From Macrostomum hystrix (taxonomy: Eukaryota; Animalia; Platyhelminthes): a stretch of 64,000 bases of DNA. Shown here piece after piece: positions 50,930 through 62,900 of the stretch (position 1 is its first letter; each line of letters begins with the position of its first letter). The position numbers and the translations under genes are program-made. The stretch lies in the NCBI GenBank assembly GCA_950097015.1, contig CATNEN010000003.1, positions 11,594,001 through 11,658,000 of the forward strand, read 5' to 3'. Below the pieces are notes generated by a model that saw nothing but the letters and a program-made list of their open reading frames with translations, was not told where the DNA came from and did not search any database.

Positions 50930-51280
50930 TTGTCTATGCGTTAGAGCTAGGGTACTTAGAGGGTACTACGATAAGGAGGAAATTCATCTTATGAGACGTC
51001 GATCCGGGCTCTTCGCAGCAGCTGTCACAATCCAAGGAAAGAATGTTCTGTTTACAGGCGATTGCGGCCGCCCACTGCGCCCACTGCTGGTCAGAGACTG
51101 TCAGCTGCATGGCCACTCTTGAAGCGTTCAATCCAGCCATAAATGGCCCTCAGTTTAAGACCACTGTCTCCATGTTGCTCTTGAAGATGATCAGCAATCC
51201 AACTGGCATTCCAGCCTGCAGTCCACAGTGCAAAAATCTGGCTGCGTTGGCTCTCGACGCTGTGCACTGAGCTCATCTTG
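50930..51280 (-). mobile_element. Tc1/mariner transposase relic (N-terminal HTH)
   Basis: QRSQIFALWTAGWNASWIADHLQEQHGDSGLKLRAIYGWIERFKSG followed, after a frameshift, by GRP. This resembles the mariner (Mos1-type) HTH, W-x2-RF-x-x-G and GRP linker. Confidence 0.65.
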
Positions 51281-51432
51281 GCAACAAGAGTGCAAAACTT
51301 CAGCGAAAGCTTTGAAAACCCAGGTGCTCAAGTGGGCTCATGACGTGGGCTCTGCCAAACGAAGGACGCCATTTTCACCATAGACAAAAAGAGATACTGC
51401 ATGTAACTGATAACTGATGTAAGCTTTTGCCA

Positions 51433-52380
51433 TTGACATATAACCAAGTGTGTGTAAACGTCTCAAGCTCGTGTATAGTTTATGGCCCAAAGGCCATCAA
51501 AGAAATAGATTTAAGTGTGCAGTAAATTCCGCAACTGTGCGGTAAATGATGCCCCACTTGATCTCCGTGCCATCCCTCTTCTGAGCTACTATGCAGTAAA
51601 TACCAGACGGGTATTGTCTATGGGCCGAAGGAGCTGGTCTTGCGCACACACACTTGGTCATAAATCAATGCACTTATGCTAGGCTTCCTAGTGCGTAAAT
51701 AGTCTATGGCACTTGTGCGCTGCGCGCACTCGTGCCAAGACTATTTACGCACTCGGAAGCCTAGCATAAATCTACCATTCAATCTCAGTGTTTTGTCATT
51801 CATACTCAGCCCCCATAGAATTAATCCAGCCAGTTGACGCGGTTTGGCCCATAGACTATCGCTCTGTGCCATTCAATCTCGGGTTTTGTCATTCAAACTC
51901 AGGCTTTATAAGCTCGGTCTCTCAAACGCAGTCCTCCCAAAGACAGCTAAATTACAAATTTCTTCCATTGCATTTGCTTACATGGCCCAACTTACTTGGG
52001 CCATGTGCTTAAATGGAGCGCCTGGGCCACGTTGCACTGGACACTCTGACGCCTCTGAAGGCCGCAAACTGGGAGATTGCCTGCAGCCGACTGTATCCAC
52101 GGTGCATTATGCAAATTCCTTTTCTCTGAGTCACTGTTCTGATCCAAGACATTAACAATTCCGCTCAAATCCGTATGTTCATCACTATGATGCTAGAGGT
52201 GTTTGACTTGTAATGTGTATGAACTGCATTATGTTTAACAAGTTTAACAAGTCTGTTTTTCGGTCCTGTGTTACATGAGCCGAACTGAGGAATAACAACC
52301 TATTCATTCCTTATCCACATTCCTTCTCCACATTAAAGCCTGAGTTTGAATGACAAAACACTGAGATTGAATGGCAAAAG
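51433..52380. mobile_element. Cluster of small inverted-repeat (MITE-like) elements
   Basis: Three inverted pairs: 51433-51455 with 51646-51668 (accaagtgtgtgt); a near-perfect 96-bp palindrome at 51674-51769; and 51868-51909 with 52334-52374 (gccattcaatctc.g.gttttgtcattcaaactcaggcttta). Confidence 0.75.
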
Positions 52381-52790
52381 CTATACTATAAAGGATCCTT
52401 TTCGCTTCATTTCTTCTAAACATAAAAACTATAACGATCCTTAAATACCAGTCTTCTACAAAGCAAAACTGTAGAAAGCGACTCAAGTAAGAGCTCCCTT
52501 TCAGGAAAATCATAATGAAACTAATCTCGGTCCTGGTCAAACACTGACGTTTACATACAACGGTTGGTCGTCTCTGGTTAGCGTGCATAGTCTGAAGAGC
52601 GACTTCTGTCTGACGTTTCAGTTCAAAACAAAAGGTGGGGCGCGGATGATGCTCGTGCTGTCTTAATGACTTCACTGGCTGGTCAAGCTTTATTCTTTAA
52701 TAGTACACCGTTGAAGCACAGGAAGCTCCGTCTGCCTTTATACCAGCTACTTACGTAGAAAGTTTTATTAAAGAGAAATGCTACACTCAC

Positions 52791-52937
52791 ATTAGCCAGT
52801 CAACTGGCCAAATCCAATTCCAGATCCAAAAAACGCGAACAGAATGCAAGCCGAAAGCAGAGGCCACAATTCCTATTGTAGATGCAACGCCACCAGGTAC
52901 GCCAGGCGTGCTAACAGAAGCAATCATTGCTAGAAAG
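52791..52937 (-). CDS. SLC1/EAAT-family transporter exon (HP2 to TM8a: ASVSTPGVPGG...PVDWL)
   Basis: Acceptor ccgcag|C and donor AT|GTGAGT. Aligns to ASIGAAGIPQAG...AVDWFL. Confidence 0.87.
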
Positions 52938-53036
52938 CTGCGGATTGATATAGCGATATTTTGCTGGCTTAAACTGAGTAAGAGTAAGTACATTTTTAAT
53001 ACATTTTTAAACAATGTTTGCATTGAAATCGTCACT

Positions 53037-53354
53037 TCAGTCTAACAGGCGGTAATCCAGTCTAACAGGTGACACTCCAGTCTAACGGGCGACACTCTGG
53101 TCTAACAGGTGACACCCTCATCTAATAAGTGACACTCTCGTCTAGCAGGTGACACCCTCGTCTAGCAGGTGACACCCTCGTCTAACAGGTGACACCCTCG
53201 TCTAACAGGTGACACCCTCGTCTAACAGGTAACACCCTCGTCTAACAGGTGACACCCTCGTCTAACAGGTGAAACCCTCGTCTAACAGGTGACACTTTAG
53301 TCTAACAGGTAACACTCTGGTCTAGCAGTGACACTCTGGTCTAACAGGTGACAC
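53037..53354. repeat. 20-bp minisatellite (gtctaacaggtgacaccctc) in an SLC1 intron
   Basis: About 16 copies. Confidence 0.92.
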
Positions 53355-53366
53355 AGTACTTCTCAC

Positions 53367-53810
53367 CTGACGGTTATTATCTGAACAGGGGTAAGTCTGA
53401 TGTCATTATTCTGCGCCGCGAAAACCCCAGCCGCAGCAATGTACATCGCAGCGGCGTTCATGTTTACTGTTGTACCAATTGGCAGCACAATTTTAGTGAT
53501 TCTCTTATCAATGCCCAGGTTGTCCTCCGTGCAATGGAAAGTGATCGGCAGAGTGATAGCTGAGGATGCGGTGCCAAAAGCCGTCACACAAGCCTGGAAG
53601 GTGCCCAGAAAAATTTTGATCGGATTCCTGTTAACCAGAACCAGGTAAGACAATGCCTGAACGCATGTTTGCAATACAAAGCCAATTAACACAGTCAGTA
53701 AGAAGTAGCCAAGTTGTTGAAATATCTCTTTAGCAGATGGTTTCTTGCTCAATTTCTCAATTTCCAATGTAGTTTTTATCAGTAACGAGAACACCCCAAC
53801 CGGTGTGTAC
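53367..53810 (-). CDS. SLC1/EAAT-family (dicarboxylate/amino acid:cation symporter) exon, TM5 to TM7; upstream exons outside the window
   Basis: Encodes YTPVGVFSLLI, TAFGTASSAITLPITFHCTEDNLGIDKRITKIVLPIGTTVNM (HP1 and TM7 signature). Acceptor ccaag|G and donor AG|GTGAGA. Confidence 0.92.
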
Positions 53811-53952
53811 CTTGGTTTAGTGAGGTGAGAGGTTAGATCGAAGTTTAAATAGCAACCTTTGAAAACGTTGCATTAAAATATGATAAGCTTGAAATGAATT
53901 TTCTGCGACTCATACGCTTGAGTCAGTTGTGGTTTAGGTTGGTTATGTATGA

Positions 53953-56900
53953 GTTCGAGATTGGGTCAGTTAGAGATTGGGTCAGTTAGACATTGGGTCA
54001 GTTAGAGATTGGGTCAGTTAGACATTGGGTCAGTTAGAGATTGAGTCAGTTAGAGATTGGGTCAGTTAGAGATTGGGTCAGTTAGAGATTGTATCAGTTA
54101 GAGATTGTATCAGTTAGAGATTGTATCAGTTAGAGATTGGGTCAGTTAGAGATTGGGTCAGTTAGACATTGGGTCAGTTAGAGATTGAGTCAGTTAGAGA
54201 TTGTATCAGTTAGAGATTGTATCAGTTAGAGATTGTATCAGTTAGAGATTGTATCAGTTAGAGATTGTATCAGTTAGAGATTGTATCAGTTAGAGATTGG
54301 GTCAGTTAGAGATTGTATCAGTTAGAGATTGAGTCAGTTAGAGATTGAGTCAGTTAGAGATTGGGTCAGTTAGAGATTGTATCAGTTAGAGATTGTATCA
54401 GTTAGAGATTGTATCAGTTAGAGATTGTATCAGTTAGAGATTGTATCAGTTCGAGATTGTATCAGTTAGAGATTGTATCAGTTCGAGATTGTATCAGTTA
54501 GAGATTGTATCAGTTAGAGATTGTATCAGTTAGAGATTGTATCAGTTAGAGATTGGGTCAGTTAGAGATTGGGTCAGTTAGACATTGGGTCAGTTAGAGA
54601 TTGAGTCAGTTAGAGATTGTATCAGTTAGAGATTGTATCAGTTAGAGATTGTATCAGTTAGAGATTGTATCAGTTCGAGATTGTATCAGTTAGAGATTGG
54701 GTCAGTTAGACATTGGGTCAGTTAGAGATTGAGTCAGTTAGAGATTGAGTCAGTTAGAGATTGGGTCAGTTAGACATTGGGTCAGTTAGAGATTGAGTCA
54801 GTTAGAGATTGTATCAGTTAGAGATTGTATCAGTTAGAGATTGTATCAGTTAGAGATTGTATCAGTTAGAGATTGGGTCAGTTAGACATTGGGTCAGTTA
54901 GAGATTGTATCAGTTAGAGATTGTATCAGTTCGAGATTGTATCAGTTAGAGATTGTATCAGTTCGAGATTGTATCAGTTAGAGATTGTATCAGTTAGAGA
55001 TTGTATCAGTTAGAGATTGTATCAGTTAGAGATTGGGTCAGTTAGAGATTGGGTCAGTTAGACATTGGGTCAGTTAGAGATTGAGTCAGTTAGAGATTGT
55101 ATCAGTTAGAGATTGTATCAGTTAGAGATTGTATCAGTTAGAGATTGTATCAGTTCGAGATTGTATCAGTTAGAGATTGGGTCAGTTAGACATTGGGTCA
55201 GTTAGAGATTGAGTCAGTTAGAGATTGAGTCAGTTAGAGATTGGGTCAGTTCGAGATTGGGTCAGTTAGACATTGGGTCAGTTAGAGATTGAGTCAGTTA
55301 GAGATTGGGTCAGTTAGACATTGGGTCAGTTAGACATTGGGTCAGTTAGAGATTGGGTCAGTTAGAGATTGGGTCAGTTAGACATTGGGTCAGTTAGAGA
55401 TTGAGTCAGTTAGAGATTGAGTCAGTTAGAGATTGGGTCAGTTCGAGATTGGGTCAGTTAGACATTGGGTCAGTTAGAGATTGAGTCAGTTAGAGATTGG
55501 GTCAGTTAGACATTGGGTCAGTTAGACATTGGGTCAGTTAGAGATTGGGTCAGTTAGAGATTGGGTCAGTTAGACATTGGGTCAGTTAGAGATTGAGTCA
55601 GTTAGAGATTGAGTCAGTTAGAGATTGGGTCAGTTAGAGATTGGGTCAGTTAGAGATTGGGTCAGTTAGACATTGGGTCAGTTAGAGATTGAGTCAGTTA
55701 GAGATTGAGTCAGTTAGAGATTGTATCAGTTCGAGATTGGGTCAGTTAGACATTGGGTCAGTTAGAGATTGGGTCAGTTAGAGATTGAGTCAGTTAGAGA
55801 TTGGGTCAGTTAGAGATTGGGTCAGTTAGAGATTGAGTCAGTTAGACATTGGGTCAGTTAGAGATTGTATCAGTTAGAGATTGGGTCAGTTAGAGATTGG
55901 GTCAGTTAGAGATTGGGTCAGTTAGAGATTGAGTCAGTTAGAGATTGTATCAGTTCGAGATTGGGTCAGTTAGAGATTGGGTCAGTTAGAAATTGGGTCA
56001 GTTAGAGATTGAGTCAGTTAGAGATTGTATCAGTTAGAGATTGTATCAGTTAGAGATTGTATCAGTTAGAGATTGTATCAGTTAGAGATTGTATCAGTTA
56101 GAGATTGTATCAGTTAGAGATTGGGTCAGTTAGAGGATGGGTCAGTTAGAGATTGTATCAGTTAGACATTGGGTCAGTTAGAGATTGAGTCAGTTAGAGA
56201 TTGAGTCAGTTAGAGATTGGGTCAGTTAGAGATTGGGTCAGTTAGAGATTGAGTCAGTTAGACATTGGGTCAGTTAGAGATTGTATCAGTTAGAGATTGG
56301 GTCAGTTAGAGATTGGGTCAGTTAGAGATTGGGTCAGTTAGAGATTGAGTCAGTTAGAGATTGTATCAGTTCGAGATTGGGTCAGTTAGACATTGGGTCA
56401 GTTAGAGATTGGGTCAGTTAGAGATTGAGTCAGTTAGAGATTGTATCAGTTAGACATTGGGTCAGTTAGAGATTGAGTCAGTTAGAGATTGAGTCAGTTA
56501 GAGATTGTATCAGTTAGACATTGGGTCAGTTAGAGATTGAGTCAGTTAGAGATTGAGTCAGTTAGAGATTGTATCAGTTAGAGATTGTATCAGTTAGAGA
56601 TTGTATCAGTTCGAGATTGTATCAGTTAGAGATTGGGTCAGTTAGACATTGGGTCAGTTAGAGATTGAGTCAGTTAGAGATTGAGTCAGTTAGAGATTGG
56701 GTCAGTTCGAGATTGGGTCAGTTAGACATTGGGTCAGTTAGAGATTGAGTCAGTTAGAGATTGGGTCAGTTAGACATTGGGTCAGTTAGACATTGGGTCA
56801 GTTAGAGATTGGGTCAGTTAGAGATTGGGTCAGTTAGACATTGGGTCAGTTAGAGATTGAGTCAGTTAGAGATTGAGTCAGTTAGAGATTGGGTCAGTTC

Positions 56901-59900
56901 GAGATTGGGTCAGTTAGACATTGGGTCAGTTAGAGATTGAGTCAGTTAGAGATTGGGTCAGTTAGACATTGGGTCAGTTAGACATTGGGTCAGTTAGAGA
57001 TTGGGTCAGTTAGAGATTGGGTCAGTTAGACATTGGGTCAGTTAGAGATTGAGTCAGTTAGAGATTGAGTCAGTTAGAGATTGGGTCAGTTAGAGATTGG
57101 GTCAGTTAGAGATTGGGTCAGTTAGACATTGGGTCAGTTAGAGATTGAGTCAGTTAGAGATTGAGTCAGTTAGAGATTGTATCAGTTCGAGATTGGGTCA
57201 GTTAGACATTGGGTCAGTTAGAGATTGGGTCAGTTAGAGATTGAGTCAGTTAGAGATTGGGTCAGTTAGAGATTGGGTCAGTTAGAGATTGAGTCAGTTA
57301 GACATTGGGTCAGTTAGAGATTGTATCAGTTAGAGATTGGGTCAGTTAGAGATTGGGTCAGTTAGAGATTGGGTCAGTTAGAGATTGAGTCAGTTAGAGA
57401 TTGTATCAGTTCGAGATTGGGTCAGTTAGAGATTGGGTCAGTTAGAAATTGGGTCAGTTAGAGATTGAGTCAGTTAGAGATTGTATCAGTTAGAGATTGT
57501 ATCAGTTAGAGATTGTATCAGTTAGAGATTGTATCAGTTAGAGATTGTATCAGTTAGAGATTGTATCAGTTAGAGATTGGGTCAGTTAGAGGATGGGTCA
57601 GTTAGAGATTGTATCAGTTAGACATTGGGTCAGTTAGAGATTGAGTCAGTTAGAGATTGAGTCAGTTAGAGATTGGGTCAGTTAGAGATTGGGTCAGTTA
57701 GAGATTGAGTCAGTTAGACATTGGGTCAGTTAGAGATTGTATCAGTTAGAGATTGGGTCAGTTAGAGATTGGGTCAGTTAGAGATTGGGTCAGTTAGAGA
57801 TTGAGTCAGTTAGAGATTGTATCAGTTCGAGATTGGGTCAGTTAGACATTGGGTCAGTTAGAGATTGGGTCAGTTAGAGATTGAGTCAGTTAGAGATTGT
57901 ATCAGTTAGACATTGGGTCAGTTAGAGATTGAGTCAGTTAGAGATTGAGTCAGTTAGAGATTGTATCAGTTAGACATTGGGTCAGTTAGAGATTGAGTCA
58001 GTTAGAGATTGAGTCAGTTAGAGATTGTATCAGTTAGACATTGGGTCAGTTAGAGATTGTATCAGTTAGACATTGGGTCAGTTAGAGATTGTATCAGTTA
58101 GAGATTGTATCAGTTCGAGATTGGGTCAGTTAGACATTGGGTCAGTTAGAGATTGGGTCAGTTAGAGATTGGGTCAGTTAGACATTGGGTCAGTTAGAGA
58201 TTGGGTCAGTTAGAGATTGAGTCAGTTAGAGATTGAGTCAGTTAGAGATTGGGTCAGTTAGAGATTGGGTCAGTTAGAGATTGAGTCAGTTAGACATTGG
58301 GTCAGTTAGAGATTGTATCAGTTAGAGATTGGGTCAGTTAGAGATTGGGTCAGTTAGAGATTGGGTCAGTTAGAGATTGAGTCAGTTAGAGATTGTATCA
58401 GTTCGAGATTGGGTCAGTTAGACATTGGGTCAGTTAGAGATTGGGTCAGTTAGAGATTGAGTCAGTTAGAGATTGTATCAGTTAGACATTGGGTCAGTTA
58501 GAGATTGAGTCAGTTAGAGATTGAGTCAGTTAGAGATTGTATCAGTTAGACATTGGGTCAGTTAGAGATTGAGTCAGTTAGAGATTGAGTCAGTTAGAGA
58601 TTGTATCAGTTAGACATTGGGTCAGTTAGAGATTGTATCAGTTAGACATTGGGTCAGTTAGAGATTGTATCAGTTAGAGATTGTATCAGTTCGAGATTGG
58701 GTCAGTTAGACATTGGGTCAGTTAGAGATTGGGTCAGTTAGAGATTGAGTCAGTTAGAGATTGTATCAGTTAGACATTGGGTCAGTTAGAGATTGAGTCA
58801 GTTAGAGATTGAGTCAGTTAGAGATTGTATCAGTTAGACATTGGGTCAGTTAGAGATTGAGTCAGTTAGAGATTGAGTCAGTTAGAGATTGAGTCAGTTA
58901 GAGATTGAGTCAGTTAGAGATTGAGTCAGTTAGAGATTGTATCAGTTCGAGATTGGGTCAGTTAGAGATTGTATCAGTTCGAGATTGGGTCAGTTAGAGA
59001 TTGGGTCAGTTAGAGATTGAGTCAGTTAGAGATTGAGTCAGTTAGAGTTTGAGTCAGTTAGAGTTTGAGTCAGTTAGAGATTGGGTCAGTTAGAGATTGG
59101 GTCAGTTAGAGATTGTATCAGTTCGAGATTGGGTCAGTTAGAGATTGAGTCAGTTAGAGATTGTATCAGTTCGAGATTGGGTCAGTTAGAGATTGAGTCA
59201 GTTAGACATTGGGTCAGTTAGAGATTGTATCAGTTAGAGATTGGGTCAGTTAGAGATTGGGTCAGTTAGAGATTGGGTCAGTTAGAGATTGAGTCAGTTA
59301 GAGATTGTATCAGTTCGAGATTGGGTCAGTTAGACATTGGGTCAGTTAGAGATTGGGTCAGTTAGAGATTGAGTCAGTTAGAGATTGTATCAGTTAGACA
59401 TTGGGTCAGTTAGAGATTGAGTCAGTTAGAGATTGAGTCAGTTAGAGATTGTATCAGTTAGACATTGGGTCAGTTAGAGATTGAGTCAGTTAGAGATTGA
59501 GTCAGTTAGAGATTGTATCAGTTAGACATTGGGTCAGTTAGAGATTGTATCAGTTAGACATTGGGTCAGTTAGAGATTGTATCAGTTAGAGATTGTATCA
59601 GTTCGAGATTGGGTCAGTTAGACATTGGGTCAGTTAGAGATTGGGTCAGTTAGAGATTGGGTCAGTTAGAGATTGGGTCAGTTAGAGATTGGGTCAGTTA
59701 GAGATTGAGTCAGTTAGAGATTGAGTCAGTTAGAGATTGGGTCAGTTAGAGATTGGGTCAGTTAGAGATTGAGTCAGTTAGACATTGGGTCAGTTAGAGA
59801 TTGTATCAGTTAGAGATTGGGTCAGTTAGAGATTGGGTCAGTTAGAGATTGGGTCAGTTAGAGATTGAGTCAGTTAGAGATTGTATCAGTTCGAGATTGG

Positions 59901-62900
59901 GTCAGTTAGACATTGGGTCAGTTAGAGATTGGGTCAGTTAGAGATTGAGTCAGTTAGAGATTGTATCAGTTAGACATTGGGTCAGTTAGAGATTGAGTCA
60001 GTTAGAGATTGAGTCAGTTAGAGATTGTATCAGTTAGACATTGGGTCAGTTAGAGATTGAGTCAGTTAGAGATTGAGTCAGTTAGAGATTGTATCAGTTA
60101 GACATTGGGTCAGTTAGAGATTGTATCAGTTAGACATTGGGTCAGTTAGAGATTGTATCAGTTAGAGATTGTATCAGTTCGAGATTGGGTCAGTTAGACA
60201 TTGGGTCAGTTAGAGATTGGGTCAGTTAGAGATTGAGTCAGTTAGAGATTGTATCAGTTAGACATTGGGTCAGTTAGAGATTGAGTCAGTTAGAGATTGA
60301 GTCAGTTAGAGATTGTATCAGTTAGACATTGGGTCAGTTAGAGATTGAGTCAGTTAGAGATTGAGTCAGTTAGAGATTGAGTCAGTTAGAGATTGAGTCA
60401 GTTAGAGATTGAGTCAGTTAGAGATTGTATCAGTTCGAGATTGGGTCAGTTAGAGATTGTATCAGTTCGAGATTGGGTCAGTTAGAGATTGGGTCAGTTA
60501 GAGATTGAGTCAGTTAGAGATTGAGTCAGTTAGAGTTTGAGTCAGTTAGAGTTTGAGTCAGTTAGAGATTGGGTCAGTTAGAGATTGGGTCAGTTAGAGA
60601 TTGTATCAGTTCGAGATTGGGTCAGTTAGAGATTGAGTCAGTTAGAGATTGTATCAGTTCGAGATTGGGTCAGTTAGAGATTGAGTCAGTTAGAGATTGA
60701 GTCAGTTAGAGTTTGAGTCAGTTAGAGTTTGAGTCAGTTAGAGATTGGGTCAGTTAGAGATTGGGTCAGTTAGAGATTGAGTCAGTTAGAGATTGGGTCA
60801 GTTAGAGATTGGGTCAGTTAGAGATTGGGTCAGTTAGAGATTGTATCAGTTTGAGATTGGGTCAGTTAGAGATTGAGTCAGTTAGAGATTGTATCAGTTA
60901 GAGATTGGGTCAGTTAGAGATTGAGTCAGTTAGAGATTGGGTCAGTTAGAGATTGTATCAGTTAGAGATTGGGTCAGTTAGAGATTGAGTCAGTTAGAGA
61001 TTGAGTCAGTTAGTGTTTGAGTCAGTTAGAGTTTGAGTCAGTTAGAGATTGGGTCAGTTAGAGATTGGGTCAGTTAGAGATTGGGTCAGTTAGAGTTTGA
61101 GTCAGTTAGAGATTGGGTCAGTTAGAGATTGAGTCAGTTAGAGATTGAGTCAGTTAGAGTTTGAGTCAGTTAGAGTTTGAGTCAGTTAGAGATTGGGTCA
61201 GTTAGAGTTTGAGTCAGTTAGAGTTTGAGTCAGTTAGAGTTTGAGTCAGTTAGAGATTGAGTCAGTTAGAGATTGAGTCAGTTAGAGTTTGAGTCAGTTA
61301 GAGATTGAGTCAGTTAGAGATTGGGTCAGTTAGAGATTGGGTCAGTTAGAGATTGGGTCAGTTAGAGATTGAGTCAGTTAGAGATTGAGTCAGTTAGAGA
61401 TTGGGTCAGTTAGAGATTGAGTCAGTTAGAGATTGAGTCAGTTAGAGATTGGGTCAGTTAGAGATTGGGTCAGTTAGAGATTGGGTCAGTTAGAGATTGT
61501 ATCAGTTAGAGATTGAGTCAGTTAGAGATTGAGTCAGTTAGAGATTGAGTCAGTTAGAGATTGAGTCAGTTAGAGATTGAGTCAGTTAGAGATTGAGTCA
61601 GTTAGAGATTGGGTCAGTTAGAGATTGTATCAGTTCGAGATTGGGTCAGTTAGAGATTGTATCAGTTAGAGATTGTATCAGTTAGAGATTGAGTCAGTTA
61701 GAGATTGGGTCAGTTAGAGATTGTATCAGTTAGAGATTGAGTCAGTTAGAGATTGAGTCAGTTAGAGATTGGGTCAGTTAGAGATTGTATCAGTTAGAGA
61801 TTGGGTCAGTTAGAGATTGGGTCAGTTAGAGATTGTATCAGTTAGAGATTGGGTCAGTTAGAGATTGGGTCAGTTAGAGATTGAGTCAGTTAGAGATTGG
61901 GTCAGTTAGAGGATGGGTCAGTTAGAGATTGGGTCAGTTAGAGATTGTATCAGTTAGAGATTGTATCAGTTAGAGATTGTATCAGTTAGAGATTGGGTCA
62001 GTTAGAGGATGGGTCAGTTAGAGATTGGGTCAGTTAGAGGATGGGTCAGTTAGAGATTGTATCAGTTAGAGATTGTATCAGTTAGAGATTGTATCAGTTA
62101 GAGGATGGGTCAGTTAGAGGATGGGTCAGTTAGAGATTGTATCAGTTAGAGATTGTATCAGTTAGAGATTGTATCAGTTAGAGATTGAGTCAGTTAGAGA
62201 TTGGGTCAGTTAGAGATTGGGTCAGTTAGAGATTGTATCAGTTAGAGATTGTATCAGTTAGAGATTGTATCAGTTAGAGATTGAGTCAGTTAGAGATTGG
62301 GTCAGTTAGAGATTGGGTCAGTTAGAGATTGGGTCAGTTAGAGATTGTATCAGTTAGAGATTGAGTCAGTTAGAGATTGAGTCAGTTAGAGATTGGGTCA
62401 GTTAGAGATTGAGTCAGTTAGAGATTGGGTCAGTTAGAGATTGGGTCAGTTAGAGATTGTATCAGTTAGAGATTGGGTCAGTTAGAGATTGGGTCAGTTA
62501 GAGATTGTATCAGTTAGAGATTGGGTCAGTTAGAGATTGTATCAGTTAGAGATTGGGTCAGTTAGAGATTGGGTCAGTTAGAGATTGTATCAGTTAGAGA
62601 TTGGGTCAGTTAGAGGATGGGTCAGTTAGAGATTGTATCAGTTAGAGATTGTATCAGTTAGAGATTGTATCAGTTAGAGATTGTATCAGTTAGAGATTGT
62701 ATCAGTTAGAGATTGTATCAGTTAGAGATTGTATCAGTTAGAGATTGTATCAGTTAGAGATTGTATCAGTTAGAGATTGTATCAGTTAGAGATTGTATCA
62801 GTTAGAGATTGTATCAGTTAGAGATTGTATCAGTTAGAGATTGTATCAGTTAGAGATTGTATCAGTTAGAGATTGTATCAGTTAGAGATTGGGTCAGTTA

